64,000 bases of DNA from an uncultured Anaeroplasma sp. (lineage in GTDB: Bacteria; Bacillota_I; Bacilli_A; Acholeplasmatales; Anaeroplasmataceae): NCBI GenBank assembly GCA_947592005.1, contig CANQDJ010000001.1, positions 11,035 to 75,034 of the forward strand, read 5' to 3'. Positions 36,689 through 46,854 of the stretch are shown here, piece by piece (within the stretch, counting starts at the first letter, position 1; every line of letters begins with the position of its first letter). A program made the translations under genes and the position numbers. A model generated the notes under the pieces. That model searched no databases, was not told where the DNA came from, and was given only the letters and a program-made list of their open reading frames with translations.

Positions 36689-37198
36689 ATGTTAAAAAAG
36701 ATGACTAAGGATTTTCAATATCCGATTTTTAAAGAATTTGATGATGTTTGGCCGATATTGACGGCAGGGGATCGGCAACATGGATTTAATGCGATGACGA
36801 TATCTTGGGGTGGTTTGGGAACATTGTGGAACAAGCCAGTGGCGTTTATTTTTGTACGGAAACAGCGATATACCTATTCTTTTATGGAAAAATGTGACAG
36901 TGTAACTCTTTCTTTTTTATCGAATGACTATAAAGAAGCGAAGGCACTTTTCGGTTCGAAATCCGGAAGAAATATCGATAAATTTAAAGAAACGGGGCTT
37001 CATGCGACTTTGGATTTGGATTTTAATGGGTATTATGTTGCGGAAGCGGAGTATGTTTTGAAATTGAAGAAATTGTATAGTTTGGATTTAAAAGAGGAAG
37101 GTATGCCTGAGAATATAGTGAACAATCAATATCCGCAAAAAGATTTTCATAGAATGTATGTTTGTGAAGTTGTTCAATATTTGGAAAATGAGGAATAG
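36689..37198 (+). CDS. Flavin reductase-like protein
   Basis: NAMTISWGGLG, FVRKQRYT, GSKSGRNIDK. Confidence 0.85.
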   Translation: MLKKMTKDFQYPIFKEFDDVWPILTAGDRQHGFNAMTISWGGLGTLWNKPVAFIFVRKQRYTYSFMEKCDSVTLSFLSNDYKEAKALFGSKSGRNIDKFKETGLHATLDLDFNGYYVAEAEYVLKLKKLYSLDLKEEGMPENIVNNQYPQKDFHRMYVCEVVQYLENEE

Positions 37199-37201
37199 GG
37201 T

Positions 37202-37903
37202 ATGGAAAAGATCATATTGTTTGATTTGGATTCTACTCTTTTACAAATGAATCAAGATTTGTTTTTGAAAAAGTATTCTTTCTTGGTGGGAGAAAAAGCC
37301 AAGGAATTGGGTTATAATAAGGAAGATTTTATGAAAGTTTTTATAAAATCCGCATATAGTATTATAGATAATGACGGAAGTCAAACCAATGAAGAGTTGT
37401 TTTGGTCAAATATAAAAAAAGAGTATCCGGAGATTTCTTATTTGAAAGAACAATTTATGAAATTTTATATGGAAGAATTTAATTCGATTTCTGAGATTGT
37501 GTATAAGTCATCTTTGCCGAATGATATTATTCATTTGTTCAAAGAAAAAGGATATCGTATTATTTTGGCGACCAATCCGTTGTTTCCCGTTATCGCAACA
37601 TATCAAAGAATGAAATGGGCGGGATTGAATCCGAAAGATTTCGATTATATCACGACGTATGAAGAATGTAGGTATTGTAAGCCGAATCGAAAGTATTATT
37701 TGGAGATATTTGAAAAAATGAATATTTCTATGGAAGGAAGTATTATGGTTGGCAATGATACGACCGATGATTTTTTGGATTTGCCGGAAGGAATTAAAAA
37801 AATATTGATTACGGATTATTTGATTTGCAAACCGAATGAACCGATAACGATTCCTGCGTTTTCATTGGCGGAATTTTATCAATATGCTAAGGAGAATTTA
37901 TGA
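37202..37903 (+). CDS. HAD-family hydrolase
   Basis: LFDLDSTLL, LATNP, CKPN, MVGND. Confidence 0.9.
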   Translation: MEKIILFDLDSTLLQMNQDLFLKKYSFLVGEKAKELGYNKEDFMKVFIKSAYSIIDNDGSQTNEELFWSNIKKEYPEISYLKEQFMKFYMEEFNSISEIVYKSSLPNDIIHLFKEKGYRIILATNPLFPVIATYQRMKWAGLNPKDFDYITTYEECRYCKPNRKYYLEIFEKMNISMEGSIMVGNDTTDDFLDLPEGIKKILITDYLICKPNEPITIPAFSLAEFYQYAKENL

Positions 37904-38865
37904 AAATATTGGATTTACATTGTGATACAATTTCCGTTATTCATAACAATAAGGGCTTTTCTTTGAATAATCCTTGTTTACAAGTATCTGTCGATAAATT
38001 AAAAAAAGGAAACTATATTTTGCAGTGCTTCGCTATGTTTATTCCTTATACTTTGGAAAATCCACTGGAAGAATGTATTCAAATGACGGATACGTTTTAC
38101 AAACAATTAGAATTGTATCCCGATATAGAGATAGTGCGATCTTATTCCGATATTGTCAAGAATGATAAAAATAATAAAATATCCGCTCTTTTGACGATAG
38201 AAGAAGGTGGTGTTACCAAAGGAAATCTTTCGTATTTGCGGACGTTTTATCGATTGGGAGTACGTATGATATGTTTGAATTGGAATTTTGTCAATGGTGT
38301 CGGGTATCCGAATATCGTCAAAGGAATGAATTCTGATCCGATTGAACCTAACACGACGCAAGGACTGACGGATTATGGTAAGTCTATGGTTGTCGAGATG
38401 CAGAAATTGGGTATGATTGTCGATATTTCGCATCTTTCCGATAAGGGATTTTGGGACGTTTTGGCTTTGGCGAAAAAGCCGATTGTCGCTTCCCATTCGA
38501 ATTGTCGGGCGGTTTGTAAGCATGTAAGAAATTTAACCGATGAAATGATTATCGCTTTAAAAGAAAATGGTGGTGTCATGGGTATGAATTTTTGTGCGGA
38601 TTTTTTATCCGATTCGATAGAGATTGGGAAGAATACCATAGATTGTGTGCTTCGTCATATTTGGCATATTAAGAAACTGGTTGGGGTAGATGTAATCGCC
38701 TTAGGTAGTGATTTTGATGGAATTGATCCAGATATTGAATTAAAGGGTGCGGATCTAATGCCTATGCTGGTTCATGCTATGAAAGATTCTGGGTTGACGG
38801 AAGAAGAAATAGAAAAAATAACGTATAAGAATGCTTTAAGGGTTATTCAAGCCAATTTAAGTTAA
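37900..38865 (+). CDS. Membrane dipeptidase family (M19) peptidase
   Basis: DLHCDT, LTIEEG, DISHLS, SHSN, GSDFDG. Confidence 0.92.
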   Translation: MKILDLHCDTISVIHNNKGFSLNNPCLQVSVDKLKKGNYILQCFAMFIPYTLENPLEECIQMTDTFYKQLELYPDIEIVRSYSDIVKNDKNNKISALLTIEEGGVTKGNLSYLRTFYRLGVRMICLNWNFVNGVGYPNIVKGMNSDPIEPNTTQGLTDYGKSMVVEMQKLGMIVDISHLSDKGFWDVLALAKKPIVASHSNCRAVCKHVRNLTDEMIIALKENGGVMGMNFCADFLSDSIEIGKNTIDCVLRHIWHIKKLVGVDVIALGSDFDGIDPDIELKGADLMPMLVHAMKDSGLTEEEIEKITYKNALRVIQANLS

Positions 38866-38902
38866 AAAAAGGGGCTATTAAGTTTTGCTTAATAGCCCTT
38901 TA
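38866..38902. terminator. Bidirectional terminator between convergent genes
   Basis: GGGCTATTAAG/CTTAATAGCCC stem with A and T flanks. Confidence 0.75.
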
Positions 38903-39406
38903 ATTTGCGTATTCCAATTCGTCGATAATATAATCCAATATGGATTTCGGATTGTTTTCCAAAACGTAATTCAATTCTTCATCAATCATTTTTTGTGCGT
39001 CTTTAAAATATTGTTCATCGCACGCATGAAGTTTTCGACCTCGTTCTTTTAGTTCGATTTGGTGGTCATATATACTACGAATAATGCGAATAATTTCACA
39101 TCTTTCTCCGCTTCGGAGAATAGAAGAAAATTGTTTTTTCCTTTCATTCTCGTTTTCAATCCAATAGGATTTCAATGTCGGGATTGTTCCAATCAAAGAG
39201 TAAATTTCATCTTTGGTAAGAAGAACTTTTATTTTCTCATTTGTAAGAGGATTGTCGACTTGTACCTGTAGAGAGGCTTTGGGATCATGAATGGGTCTTA
39301 AAATATAGTAATTTTTTAATTGCCCGTTAAATTCCCGTTGAATTTGATCGACGATTTTGCATATACCATAAGTTGTATAAATAATCGTATCGCCAACACT
39401 ATACAT
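38900..39406 (-). CDS. CarD family transcriptional regulator
   Basis: YSVGDTIIYTTYGICKI N-terminal CarD motif. Confidence 0.85.
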   Translation of the reverse strand: MYSVGDTIIYTTYGICKIVDQIQREFNGQLKNYYILRPIHDPKASLQVQVDNPLTNEKIKVLLTKDEIYSLIGTIPTLKSYWIENENERKKQFSSILRSGERCEIIRIIRSIYDHQIELKERGRKLHACDEQYFKDAQKMIDEELNYVLENNPKSILDYIIDELEYAN

Positions 39407-39563
39407 TTTAACCCTCCTTTGTTTCATTCTTACCATCGATATCTACTTATATTATATCATTTTTTTGATTTTTTTCAAAAAGATTTTAATTTTTGTTTTT
39501 ATTTTTTCTATACACTTTCCTTTTCTTATTATATAATATAATTTGTAGAAATGGGGGGATAAA

Positions 39564-40205
39564 ATGATGGACAATTATACGGAATTTAAGAAATTTCTTC
39601 AATCTTTATCCGGACGGCCTACTCTTTTGTTGCATTGTTGTTGTGCGCCATGCAGTTCCCACACCATTTTATTGTTAAAACAATATTTTGATATAACATT
39701 GTTTTATTCGAATGATAATATCGCACCGGAAGAAGAATTCAACAAACGATTGGTGGAATTGATTCACTTTCGAGATCAAATTGATTCCTCTATTCCGATT
39801 GTATCTTCCCCATATAATCCGCATCGATTTGAACAGGCCATTCAGGGATATGAAAGGGAAAAAGAAGGATCTTATCGGTGTTATTTGTGTTATCAAATGC
39901 GGTTAAAAGAAACGTGTTTGAAGGCTAAGGAACTGGGTATGGATTATTTTACGACTACATTATCTATATCTCCTTATAAAAAAGAGAAGTGGATCAATGA
40001 AATTGGTTATGCATTAGAAGAAGAATATCAAGTGAATTATTTGTATTCTAATTTTAAGAAAGAAAACGGATATCAACATTCTATCGTTTTATCGAAAGAA
40101 TATCATTTATATCGTCAAGATTATTGTGGGTGTATTTATTCCCAAAAAGAACGGAGGGAATCTCATGATCGAATTAGAGAAGAAAACCAAAATAAAGCGA
40201 ATTGA
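39564..40205 (+). CDS. queH: Epoxyqueuosine reductase QueH
   Basis: LLLHCCCAPCS, RCYLCY, TTTLSISPYK, YRQDYCGC. Confidence 0.93.
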   Translation: MMDNYTEFKKFLQSLSGRPTLLLHCCCAPCSSHTILLLKQYFDITLFYSNDNIAPEEEFNKRLVELIHFRDQIDSSIPIVSSPYNPHRFEQAIQGYEREKEGSYRCYLCYQMRLKETCLKAKELGMDYFTTTLSISPYKKEKWINEIGYALEEEYQVNYLYSNFKKENGYQHSIVLSKEYHLYRQDYCGCIYSQKERRESHDRIREENQNKAN

Positions 40206-41295
40206 AATTCCAATGGATAAGCGATGTGTGTTTATAAGCGATATACATGGTGATGTAGATTCGTTAAAAAAGGGATTGGAAATGATTCATTATACCGATG
40301 AAGATTATTTATTTATGATTGGAGATATGTATGAAAAAGGAGATTTTAAAAAGAATCTCGAAACGATTCGGTATATTATGGATTTGAAAAATAAGTATAA
40401 AAATTTATATTGTATGGCAGGGAATTGTGACGAGGTTTTACGATTTATTTTGCCGAAAGATGCGAAAGAAAAATTTTTATATTATGCCAATGTACGTATG
40501 CATTCTGTAATCAATGATATGGCGGAAGAAATGAAATATCCTTTATCTATGGATATGAATGTTGAAGATTTTGTATGTAAAGTTCAACAGAAATATCCCG
40601 AAATTTATGAATTTATGGAGTCTTTGGACGATGTTATTTTTATAAATGATCGAATTGTTTTGGTTCATGGTGGAATAGATGATATCGATCATATACCGGA
40701 ATATGCGTTGCCGATGTTGAAATATGATCGGTTTTATGAACTTTCCAAACCACAGAAAAAATTGATGGTTGTCGGACATTATCCGACGAGAAATTATCGA
40801 AGTGATATGGCTTGTTGTAATCCGATATTTGATTTTAAGAAGAAGATTATTTCGATTGATGGTGGGAATCATATCGTTAAAGGTGGTCAACTGAATTTTG
40901 TGATTTTGGAATCGTTGGATTCTATGAAATTCAGTTTTGTTTATGTCGATCACTATCCGAAGCATCGTATGAAGTATGCGGTAGATTATGAACAGCCTTT
41001 ACAAAATGTCAATATTGTTTTCGGTCAAAATGAAGTGGAGATATTGGATACCGATTTGGATTTTGTTTATATTCGTCAAATCAGTACGAATATGAATATG
41101 TGGGTTCATAATTCTTTTATTTATAAAGATGAAAGAACGGATAAGGTATATTGTTATGATGGGTGTAATCAATTTATTTCTACGAAAAAGAATGATGAAA
41201 TTTCGGTGATCAAGAAGGCGATGCCGTATAGTTTAATCAAAAGAAACGGGTATATAGGCTTAATAGAAACAAAGTATATTGATGATGAAATTTAA
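40165..41295 (+). CDS. Metallophosphoesterase (PPP-like) with C-terminal extension
   Basis: SDIHG, GDMYEKG, GNCDE, VHGG, VGHYP, IDGG. Confidence 0.85.
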   Translation: MIELEKKTKIKRIEIPMDKRCVFISDIHGDVDSLKKGLEMIHYTDEDYLFMIGDMYEKGDFKKNLETIRYIMDLKNKYKNLYCMAGNCDEVLRFILPKDAKEKFLYYANVRMHSVINDMAEEMKYPLSMDMNVEDFVCKVQQKYPEIYEFMESLDDVIFINDRIVLVHGGIDDIDHIPEYALPMLKYDRFYELSKPQKKLMVVGHYPTRNYRSDMACCNPIFDFKKKIISIDGGNHIVKGGQLNFVILESLDSMKFSFVYVDHYPKHRMKYAVDYEQPLQNVNIVFGQNEVEILDTDLDFVYIRQISTNMNMWVHNSFIYKDERTDKVYCYDGCNQFISTKKNDEISVIKKAMPYSLIKRNGYIGLIETKYIDDEI

Positions 41296-42172
41296 TTATT
41301 TTGTTCAAAAGTCAATGACAGCAGTAGAGTTTATACAAAGTTTTCATTTGGCGAAATCCAAAATTTATACTTTGTTTTTGGAGGAACGTTTAAGTTTGAA
41401 TGGAATACCTTGTAAAAGAGAAACTTTACTGAAACAAGGGGATTGTGTCGTTTTAGAACAAGTAGAGGATTATGGGTTTATAGCGGAAGAAGGGAATTTG
41501 AATATCGTTTATGAGGACGATTATCTTCTGGTGGTGGATAAGCCGGCTTTTATGTTGGTTCATACGGACGGGAATACCAATACGAAAACGTTATGTAATT
41601 ATGTGGCAGGATATTATCAAAAAAAAGGATATGATATTGCTGTTCGGTTTGCCCATCGCTTGGATTATGAAACGACGGGGTTGATTCTTTTTTGTAAAGA
41701 TTGGCTGACGATATCTTATATAGGAAATTTGATAGAAACGCATACGTTAAGAAGAATATATCGTTTTTTTGTTGGCGGAATTTTAAGTCAAAAGAAAGGA
41801 ACGTTGCGGTTTCCTATTGGAGAAGATAGACATCATAATTTAAGAAAGAGGGTTTCACAAACAGGGAAATCCGCTATTACGCATTATGAAGTTATAGAAG
41901 AATTTACGGATTTCAGTTTGATTTCTGCACAGTTGGGAACAGGCAGAACTCATCAAATTCGTGTTCATTTTTCTCATATTGGGCACCCTTTATGGGGAGA
42001 TGAGTTGTATTACGGAAATAGTAGTAAAATCCATAGAGTGGCATTACATAGTTATGAAATGGAATTTGTTCACCCTGTGTTGATGAAAAAAATGCATTTT
42101 GTATGCCCTTTGGCTGATGATATGCAACAAATTTTGGAGAGAGAATATGCTATTTGGAAAGCACGTAAATAA
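41279..42172 (+). CDS. RluA-family pseudouridine synthase
   Basis: VVDKPA, HRLDYETTG, GTGRTHQIRVH. Confidence 0.95.
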   Translation: MMMKFNYFVQKSMTAVEFIQSFHLAKSKIYTLFLEERLSLNGIPCKRETLLKQGDCVVLEQVEDYGFIAEEGNLNIVYEDDYLLVVDKPAFMLVHTDGNTNTKTLCNYVAGYYQKKGYDIAVRFAHRLDYETTGLILFCKDWLTISYIGNLIETHTLRRIYRFFVGGILSQKKGTLRFPIGEDRHHNLRKRVSQTGKSAITHYEVIEEFTDFSLISAQLGTGRTHQIRVHFSHIGHPLWGDELYYGNSSKIHRVALHSYEMEFVHPVLMKKMHFVCPLADDMQQILEREYAIWKARK

Positions 42173-43922
42173 ATTTTATTTAAAATATTTTTGGTTTTTT
42201 CTATTTGGGATTATCGCTTTGGTTCTTGTCGATTATTTTCAGTTGGAAATACCGGTTATATGTCGAAATATTATCAATGGTGTTCAGGACGGAACGTTAT
42301 TTGATCATACGGAGAAATTGGCTAAATATATGAAGTATTTGGCTTTTATCGCTTTTGTGATGTTTGCCGGAAGGTTTTCTTGGCGATATTGTGTGTTCGG
42401 AGTCGGTGCTCGTATAGAAGGGGATTTGCGGGAAGATATGTTTATTCATGCGGAACGGTTATCGAATCAGTATTATAAGGAGCATAAAACGGGAGCGTTA
42501 ATGGCTCTATTTACCAATGATTTACAGACGATTCGTCAATGTTTTGCCTCCGGAACGGTTATGTTGATCGATGCGGTATTTTTGGGTGGATTTGCGTTAT
42601 ATCGAATGTTTGTTTGTAATTGGATATTGGCTTGTTTATGTCTTATTCCTATGAGTTTGATAGCGGTTGTTGCGGTTATAGTGGGAAGAGTGATGGAACA
42701 AAAGTTTAAAGTCCGGCAAGAGGCGTATGATTCTTTATCGGATTTTGCTCAAGAAAATTTTAGTGGAATTTCCGTTATTAAGGCTTTTGTTAAAGAAATC
42801 AATGAGATTCGTCACTTTGATCGATTGAATCAAAACAATTATGATAAGAATATCGATTATGTTCGTTATGCGACGATTTTAACTGTGTTGTTGAATGCGA
42901 TTATTTCTTCGATTATAGCGATTTTATTTGGTGTAGGGGCTTATTTTGCCGTAAATGGATCAATGTTTAATGGACACCGTTTTGGTGGAGGAGAGTTGTT
43001 TGAGTTTGTCGAATATTTTAATGCGTTGGTTTGGCCTTTTATGGCGGTTGCTCAGTTGATCAATATGCGGGCTCAAGCGAAAGCGTCGTATAAGAGAATT
43101 GCGGAATTATTGGAAGAAAATGTAGATATTCAAGATGTGAATCCGATACAAGTGGACGAAATTTACGGGAAAATCGAATTTAAGAATTTGCATTTTAAAT
43201 ATCCGGACGGTTCGAATGATGTTTTAAATGATATATCGTTTGTTATTGAAGCGGGGGAAACGGTTGGAATTATCGGTCCGACAGGTTGTGGAAAAACGAC
43301 GGTAGTGGATTTATTGTTGCGGACGTATAATGTAGAGAATGGACAAATTTATATTGATGATATGGATATTATGAATTTGCCTTTTAAAAAGGTTAGAGAA
43401 AGTATCGGATATGTTCCACAAGATAATTTTTTGTTTTCTGATACGATTGCCAATAATATTGCCTTTGCGTATGAAGAGGCGGATAGTGAAAAGGTAGAGG
43501 AAGCAGCGAGAATTGCCGATGTACATAATAATATAATGGAGTTTAACGATAAATATGAAACGATTTTAGGAGAACGGGGTGTAACGTTATCCGGAGGGCA
43601 GAAACAAAGAGTAAGTATTGCCCGAGCGTTAATTAAGAATCCGCCGATATTGATTTTTGATGATTCGGTTTCTGCCGTAGATACAAAAACGGAGGAAACA
43701 ATTTTAACGAATTTAAGAAATCTTCGAAAAGGGAAAACGACGATTATGATTGCTCATCGAATATCGACAGTAGAAGATTTAGATAAGATCATCGTTATGA
43801 ATGCGGGAAGAATTGTGGGTATAGGTACTCATAATAGTCTTATGGAAAAGAACGAATTATATCGGGAAATGGTTCGCCTTCAATCTTTGGAAAAGGCTGT
43901 GGAAGGGGGCGAAGAAGAATGA
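42147..43922 (+). CDS. ABC exporter subunit (TMD-NBD)
   Basis: GPTGCGKT, LSGGQKQR, IFDD. Confidence 0.95.
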   Translation: MLFGKHVNKFYLKYFWFFLFGIIALVLVDYFQLEIPVICRNIINGVQDGTLFDHTEKLAKYMKYLAFIAFVMFAGRFSWRYCVFGVGARIEGDLREDMFIHAERLSNQYYKEHKTGALMALFTNDLQTIRQCFASGTVMLIDAVFLGGFALYRMFVCNWILACLCLIPMSLIAVVAVIVGRVMEQKFKVRQEAYDSLSDFAQENFSGISVIKAFVKEINEIRHFDRLNQNNYDKNIDYVRYATILTVLLNAIISSIIAILFGVGAYFAVNGSMFNGHRFGGGELFEFVEYFNALVWPFMAVAQLINMRAQAKASYKRIAELLEENVDIQDVNPIQVDEIYGKIEFKNLHFKYPDGSNDVLNDISFVIEAGETVGIIGPTGCGKTTVVDLLLRTYNVENGQIYIDDMDIMNLPFKKVRESIGYVPQDNFLFSDTIANNIAFAYEEADSEKVEEAARIADVHNNIMEFNDKYETILGERGVTLSGGQKQRVSIARALIKNPPILIFDDSVSAVDTKTEETILTNLRNLRKGKTTIMIAHRISTVEDLDKIIVMNAGRIVGIGTHNSLMEKNELYREMVRLQSLEKAVEGGEEE

Positions 43923-45706
43923 GAAATTTCGATGATACGAAGAATGTAAAGACGTATAAAGATAGTAAAATAGTGAAACGGTTATTTCAATATTTAAAAC
44001 CGGTTTTGCCTTCTTTTATTTTCGCTTTGGTACTGACGGCTTTTGTCGTTGTTGCCGACCTTGTGCCGGCATATATTACCGGACAGATAATAGGAGTATT
44101 GGGTGGTAGTATCGAAGTAGAAAATAAGTTACGATATTCGTTATGGTTGGTTGGAATTTTTGCGGTGCTGATTGTGATAACGGCGATAGTCAATTATTTT
44201 AATTCGATGCTTCTACAGAAGGCAGGTCAGAAAATAGTATGGAAGATGCGGAAAGATGTTTTTGTTCGAATTGAAAGTCTTTCTATTGCCCAAATCAATG
44301 AAACGCCTGTAGGAAAATTGGTAACTAGAGTAACTTCGGATATCAATATGATCAATGAATTATATACGAATGTGATTGTGAATTTATTGCGATATGCGTT
44401 GACGATTGTTTTTGTTTTAATCATTATGTTGCTTATTTCTCCGATTTTGACATTGTATATTTGTATCATTGCCCCTGTTTTGATTGGAATGTATGTGATA
44501 TTTAAGCGTGTTTCGAGAAAACAATATCGTAAGGTAAGGGGTTGTGTTTCGAATGTCAATGCGTTTTTATCCGAAAATCTTTCGGGTATGAAGATTACGC
44601 AGATTTTTAATCAAGAAGAAAAGAAATTGGAAGAATTTCGCCAAAAAAATGATGAATTGAGAAAAAATTCCATAAAGGAAGTTTTAATTTTCGGTGTATT
44701 TCGTCCTGCTATTTATGTTTTATATATCGTAAGTCAAATTATTGTGTTGTATAATGGATTTTATTTGGTTAAAAACAATCGTTTACGATTGGAATTATAT
44801 GTTTCATTTTATCGGTATATCGATAGTTTCTTTAATCCGATTCAACAACTTGCCGATCAATTTAATATGTTGCAGTCCGCTTTTGCATCTAGTGAGCGTA
44901 TTTTTGAAATTTTGGATATGGAACCGCAAATATTAGATGCGGCTGAGGCAGTGGAAATCGATCATTTTGAAGGTAAAATCGAGTTTGATCATGTATGGTT
45001 TGCGTATAAGGAAGAAAATTGGATTTTAAAAGATGTTACTTTTACGGTAAATCCAAAAGAAACGGTAGCGTTTGTAGGAGCTACGGGTGCCGGTAAGACG
45101 ACGATTTTGGCTTTGATTGTGCGAAATTATGAAATTCAAAAAGGACAGATTCGTATTGATGGAATTGATGTGAAAAAAATCAAAATCGAATCGTTGCGGA
45201 AGCATATCGGTCAAATGCTTCAAGATGTGTTTTTGTTTTCGGGAACGATTAAGTCAAATATAACTCTTAGAGAAGATTCTTTTAAAAACGAGGATATTGT
45301 TTCTTCTATAAGATATGTCAATGCGGATAAGTTTATCGATCGATTAGATGGAGGATTAGAGTATAGAGTTTTAGAGCGTGGAGCGAATTTTTCAAGTGGT
45401 CAACGCCAACTTTTGTCTTTCGCAAGGACAATTTTACATCAACCGAATATTATGATTTTAGACGAAGCGACAGCAAATATCGATACGGAAACGGAAGTAT
45501 TGATTCAAGATTCGTTGGAAAAGATGATGAATGTCGGAACGATGTTGATTGTTGCCCATCGGTTATCTACGGTTCAACATGCCGATAAAATTATTGTTTT
45601 GCATAAGGGAAAGATTCAAGAAATGGGGAATCACCAAAGTTTATTGGCAAAACATGGGTTGTATTATAATTTATATGAATTACAATATAAGCATATGGAA
45701 AAATAA
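43919..45706 (+). CDS. ABC exporter subunit (TMD-NBD), heterodimer partner
   Basis: GATGAGKT, FSSGQRQ, ILDEAT. Confidence 0.95.
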   Translation: MRNFDDTKNVKTYKDSKIVKRLFQYLKPVLPSFIFALVLTAFVVVADLVPAYITGQIIGVLGGSIEVENKLRYSLWLVGIFAVLIVITAIVNYFNSMLLQKAGQKIVWKMRKDVFVRIESLSIAQINETPVGKLVTRVTSDINMINELYTNVIVNLLRYALTIVFVLIIMLLISPILTLYICIIAPVLIGMYVIFKRVSRKQYRKVRGCVSNVNAFLSENLSGMKITQIFNQEEKKLEEFRQKNDELRKNSIKEVLIFGVFRPAIYVLYIVSQIIVLYNGFYLVKNNRLRLELYVSFYRYIDSFFNPIQQLADQFNMLQSAFASSERIFEILDMEPQILDAAEAVEIDHFEGKIEFDHVWFAYKEENWILKDVTFTVNPKETVAFVGATGAGKTTILALIVRNYEIQKGQIRIDGIDVKKIKIESLRKHIGQMLQDVFLFSGTIKSNITLREDSFKNEDIVSSIRYVNADKFIDRLDGGLEYRVLERGANFSSGQRQLLSFARTILHQPNIMILDEATANIDTETEVLIQDSLEKMMNVGTMLIVAHRLSTVQHADKIIVLHKGKIQEMGNHQSLLAKHGLYYNLYELQYKHMEK

Positions 45707-45722
45707 GAATGGAGGGAATGGA

Positions 45723-46382
45723 ATGAAGGGAAAGAAACGAAAGATTTGGATACCTATCGGTATAGGTGTATTTGGTTTGTGTTTGTTTTTGATTCTGTTT
45801 TTTAATATTCCGAGATTGTCTTATACTTATATAGAAGAATATGATGCATATTATGTGAAAAAGGCGTATGGAGATGCGAAAGAATATGTTGTTCCGCAAA
45901 GCCATAAGGAAAAAGAGGTTATAGGCATAGGACAGAGGGCATTCTATAATCATAATCATTTGGAAAAAATTACTTTGCCGGAAAGTGTTTTAACGATTGA
46001 TCGATTGGCTTTCAGTGAATGTGAGAAGTTAAAAGAGATTAATTTGGAAAATGTGGATACGATATATAGAAATGCATTTTCGTACTGTTTGAGATTGGAT
46101 AATATTCATCTCCGTGCTGAGAATATAGGGGCTTCCGCTTTTTTTAAATGTTTGAATTTAAAGGAAGTGGTATTGGAAGAAGGAGTGGCTCAACTTGGTT
46201 CTATGGCGTTTTCGGAAACGGCGATTGAAAGTATTATATTGCCGAGAAGTGTAGAAACAGTGGAAGTAGATTGTTTTGTGTATTGCGATTCGCTTCGAAA
46301 AATAAGAGCGTATAGGAATTTGTTTTATAAGTCCAATTATTTGAAAAGTTTGGATATTGTAGAATGGATAGATGATGTATAA
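45723..46382 (+). CDS. BspA-like leucine-rich repeat protein with N-terminal TM anchor
   Basis: Repeated I..AF..C..L..I.LP units. Confidence 0.85.
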   Translation: MKGKKRKIWIPIGIGVFGLCLFLILFFNIPRLSYTYIEEYDAYYVKKAYGDAKEYVVPQSHKEKEVIGIGQRAFYNHNHLEKITLPESVLTIDRLAFSECEKLKEINLENVDTIYRNAFSYCLRLDNIHLRAENIGASAFFKCLNLKEVVLEEGVAQLGSMAFSETAIESIILPRSVETVEVDCFVYCDSLRKIRAYRNLFYKSNYLKSLDIVEWIDDV

Positions 46383-46413
46383 TAAACGGAAGCAAAATTT
46401 GCTTCCGTTTATT
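46381..46413. terminator. Terminator hairpin preceding the intron remnant
   Basis: AATAAACGGAAGC-N7-GCTTCCGTTTATT perfect inverted repeat. Confidence 0.85.
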
Positions 46414-46415
46414 AT

Positions 46416-46796
46416 GTATGTCGGGCATGACATCAATCTAGTTGGAAATGAAACCAACCACGGGTATTTATCGCCAAGTGTAGCGAACCACAAGTCGTTA
46501 GCTGCTATGGGTGAAAGAAGTGAAACTGCGAAATCTTTAAGTCTACGAACAGAAACTGGATAAGGCTAAATGGTGGATAAGGTTGCATAACAAACCGAAG
46601 TCCAAAAGATAAACGTAAAACCAAGCGAGTAAATTAAGAGGCAGTGAAGATTTAGTGATTATTGTCTTACCCCGAGAGGCCCTAGTGGCAAACTCAAGGC
46701 TTGGTTGGTATAGGAAATGTGGAATGGATGTAGTTAACTATATCCTTTCACCTAAAGTTATAGCCATAAAAAAAGGAGATAGACTAGGTCTAGTCA
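46416..46796 (+). ncRNA. Group IIC intron remnant (domains I-II; no domain V/VI, no RT ORF)
   Basis: GTATGTCGGGCATG start, AAGGCT..TGGATAAGGTTGCATAACAAACCGAAGTCC, GAGTAAAT and CTTACCCCGAGAGG resemble IIC domain I; located 2 nt behind a terminator. Confidence 0.75.
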
Positions 46797-46854
46797 ATCC
46801 CCTTGAATACTACTTATCTAAGTAGTTTGTGTTTAATGTAGATTTTCCTCTACC

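Noticed and set aside
46372-46563. 63-aa plus-strand ORF
   Set aside because: Runs through the terminator and the intron-like RNA; no RT motifs and no RBS.
46791-46830. IS200/IS605-type end (GTCAA plus hairpin)
   Set aside because: Only a loose resemblance, with no tnpA, tnpB or iscB nearby; better explained as a terminator.
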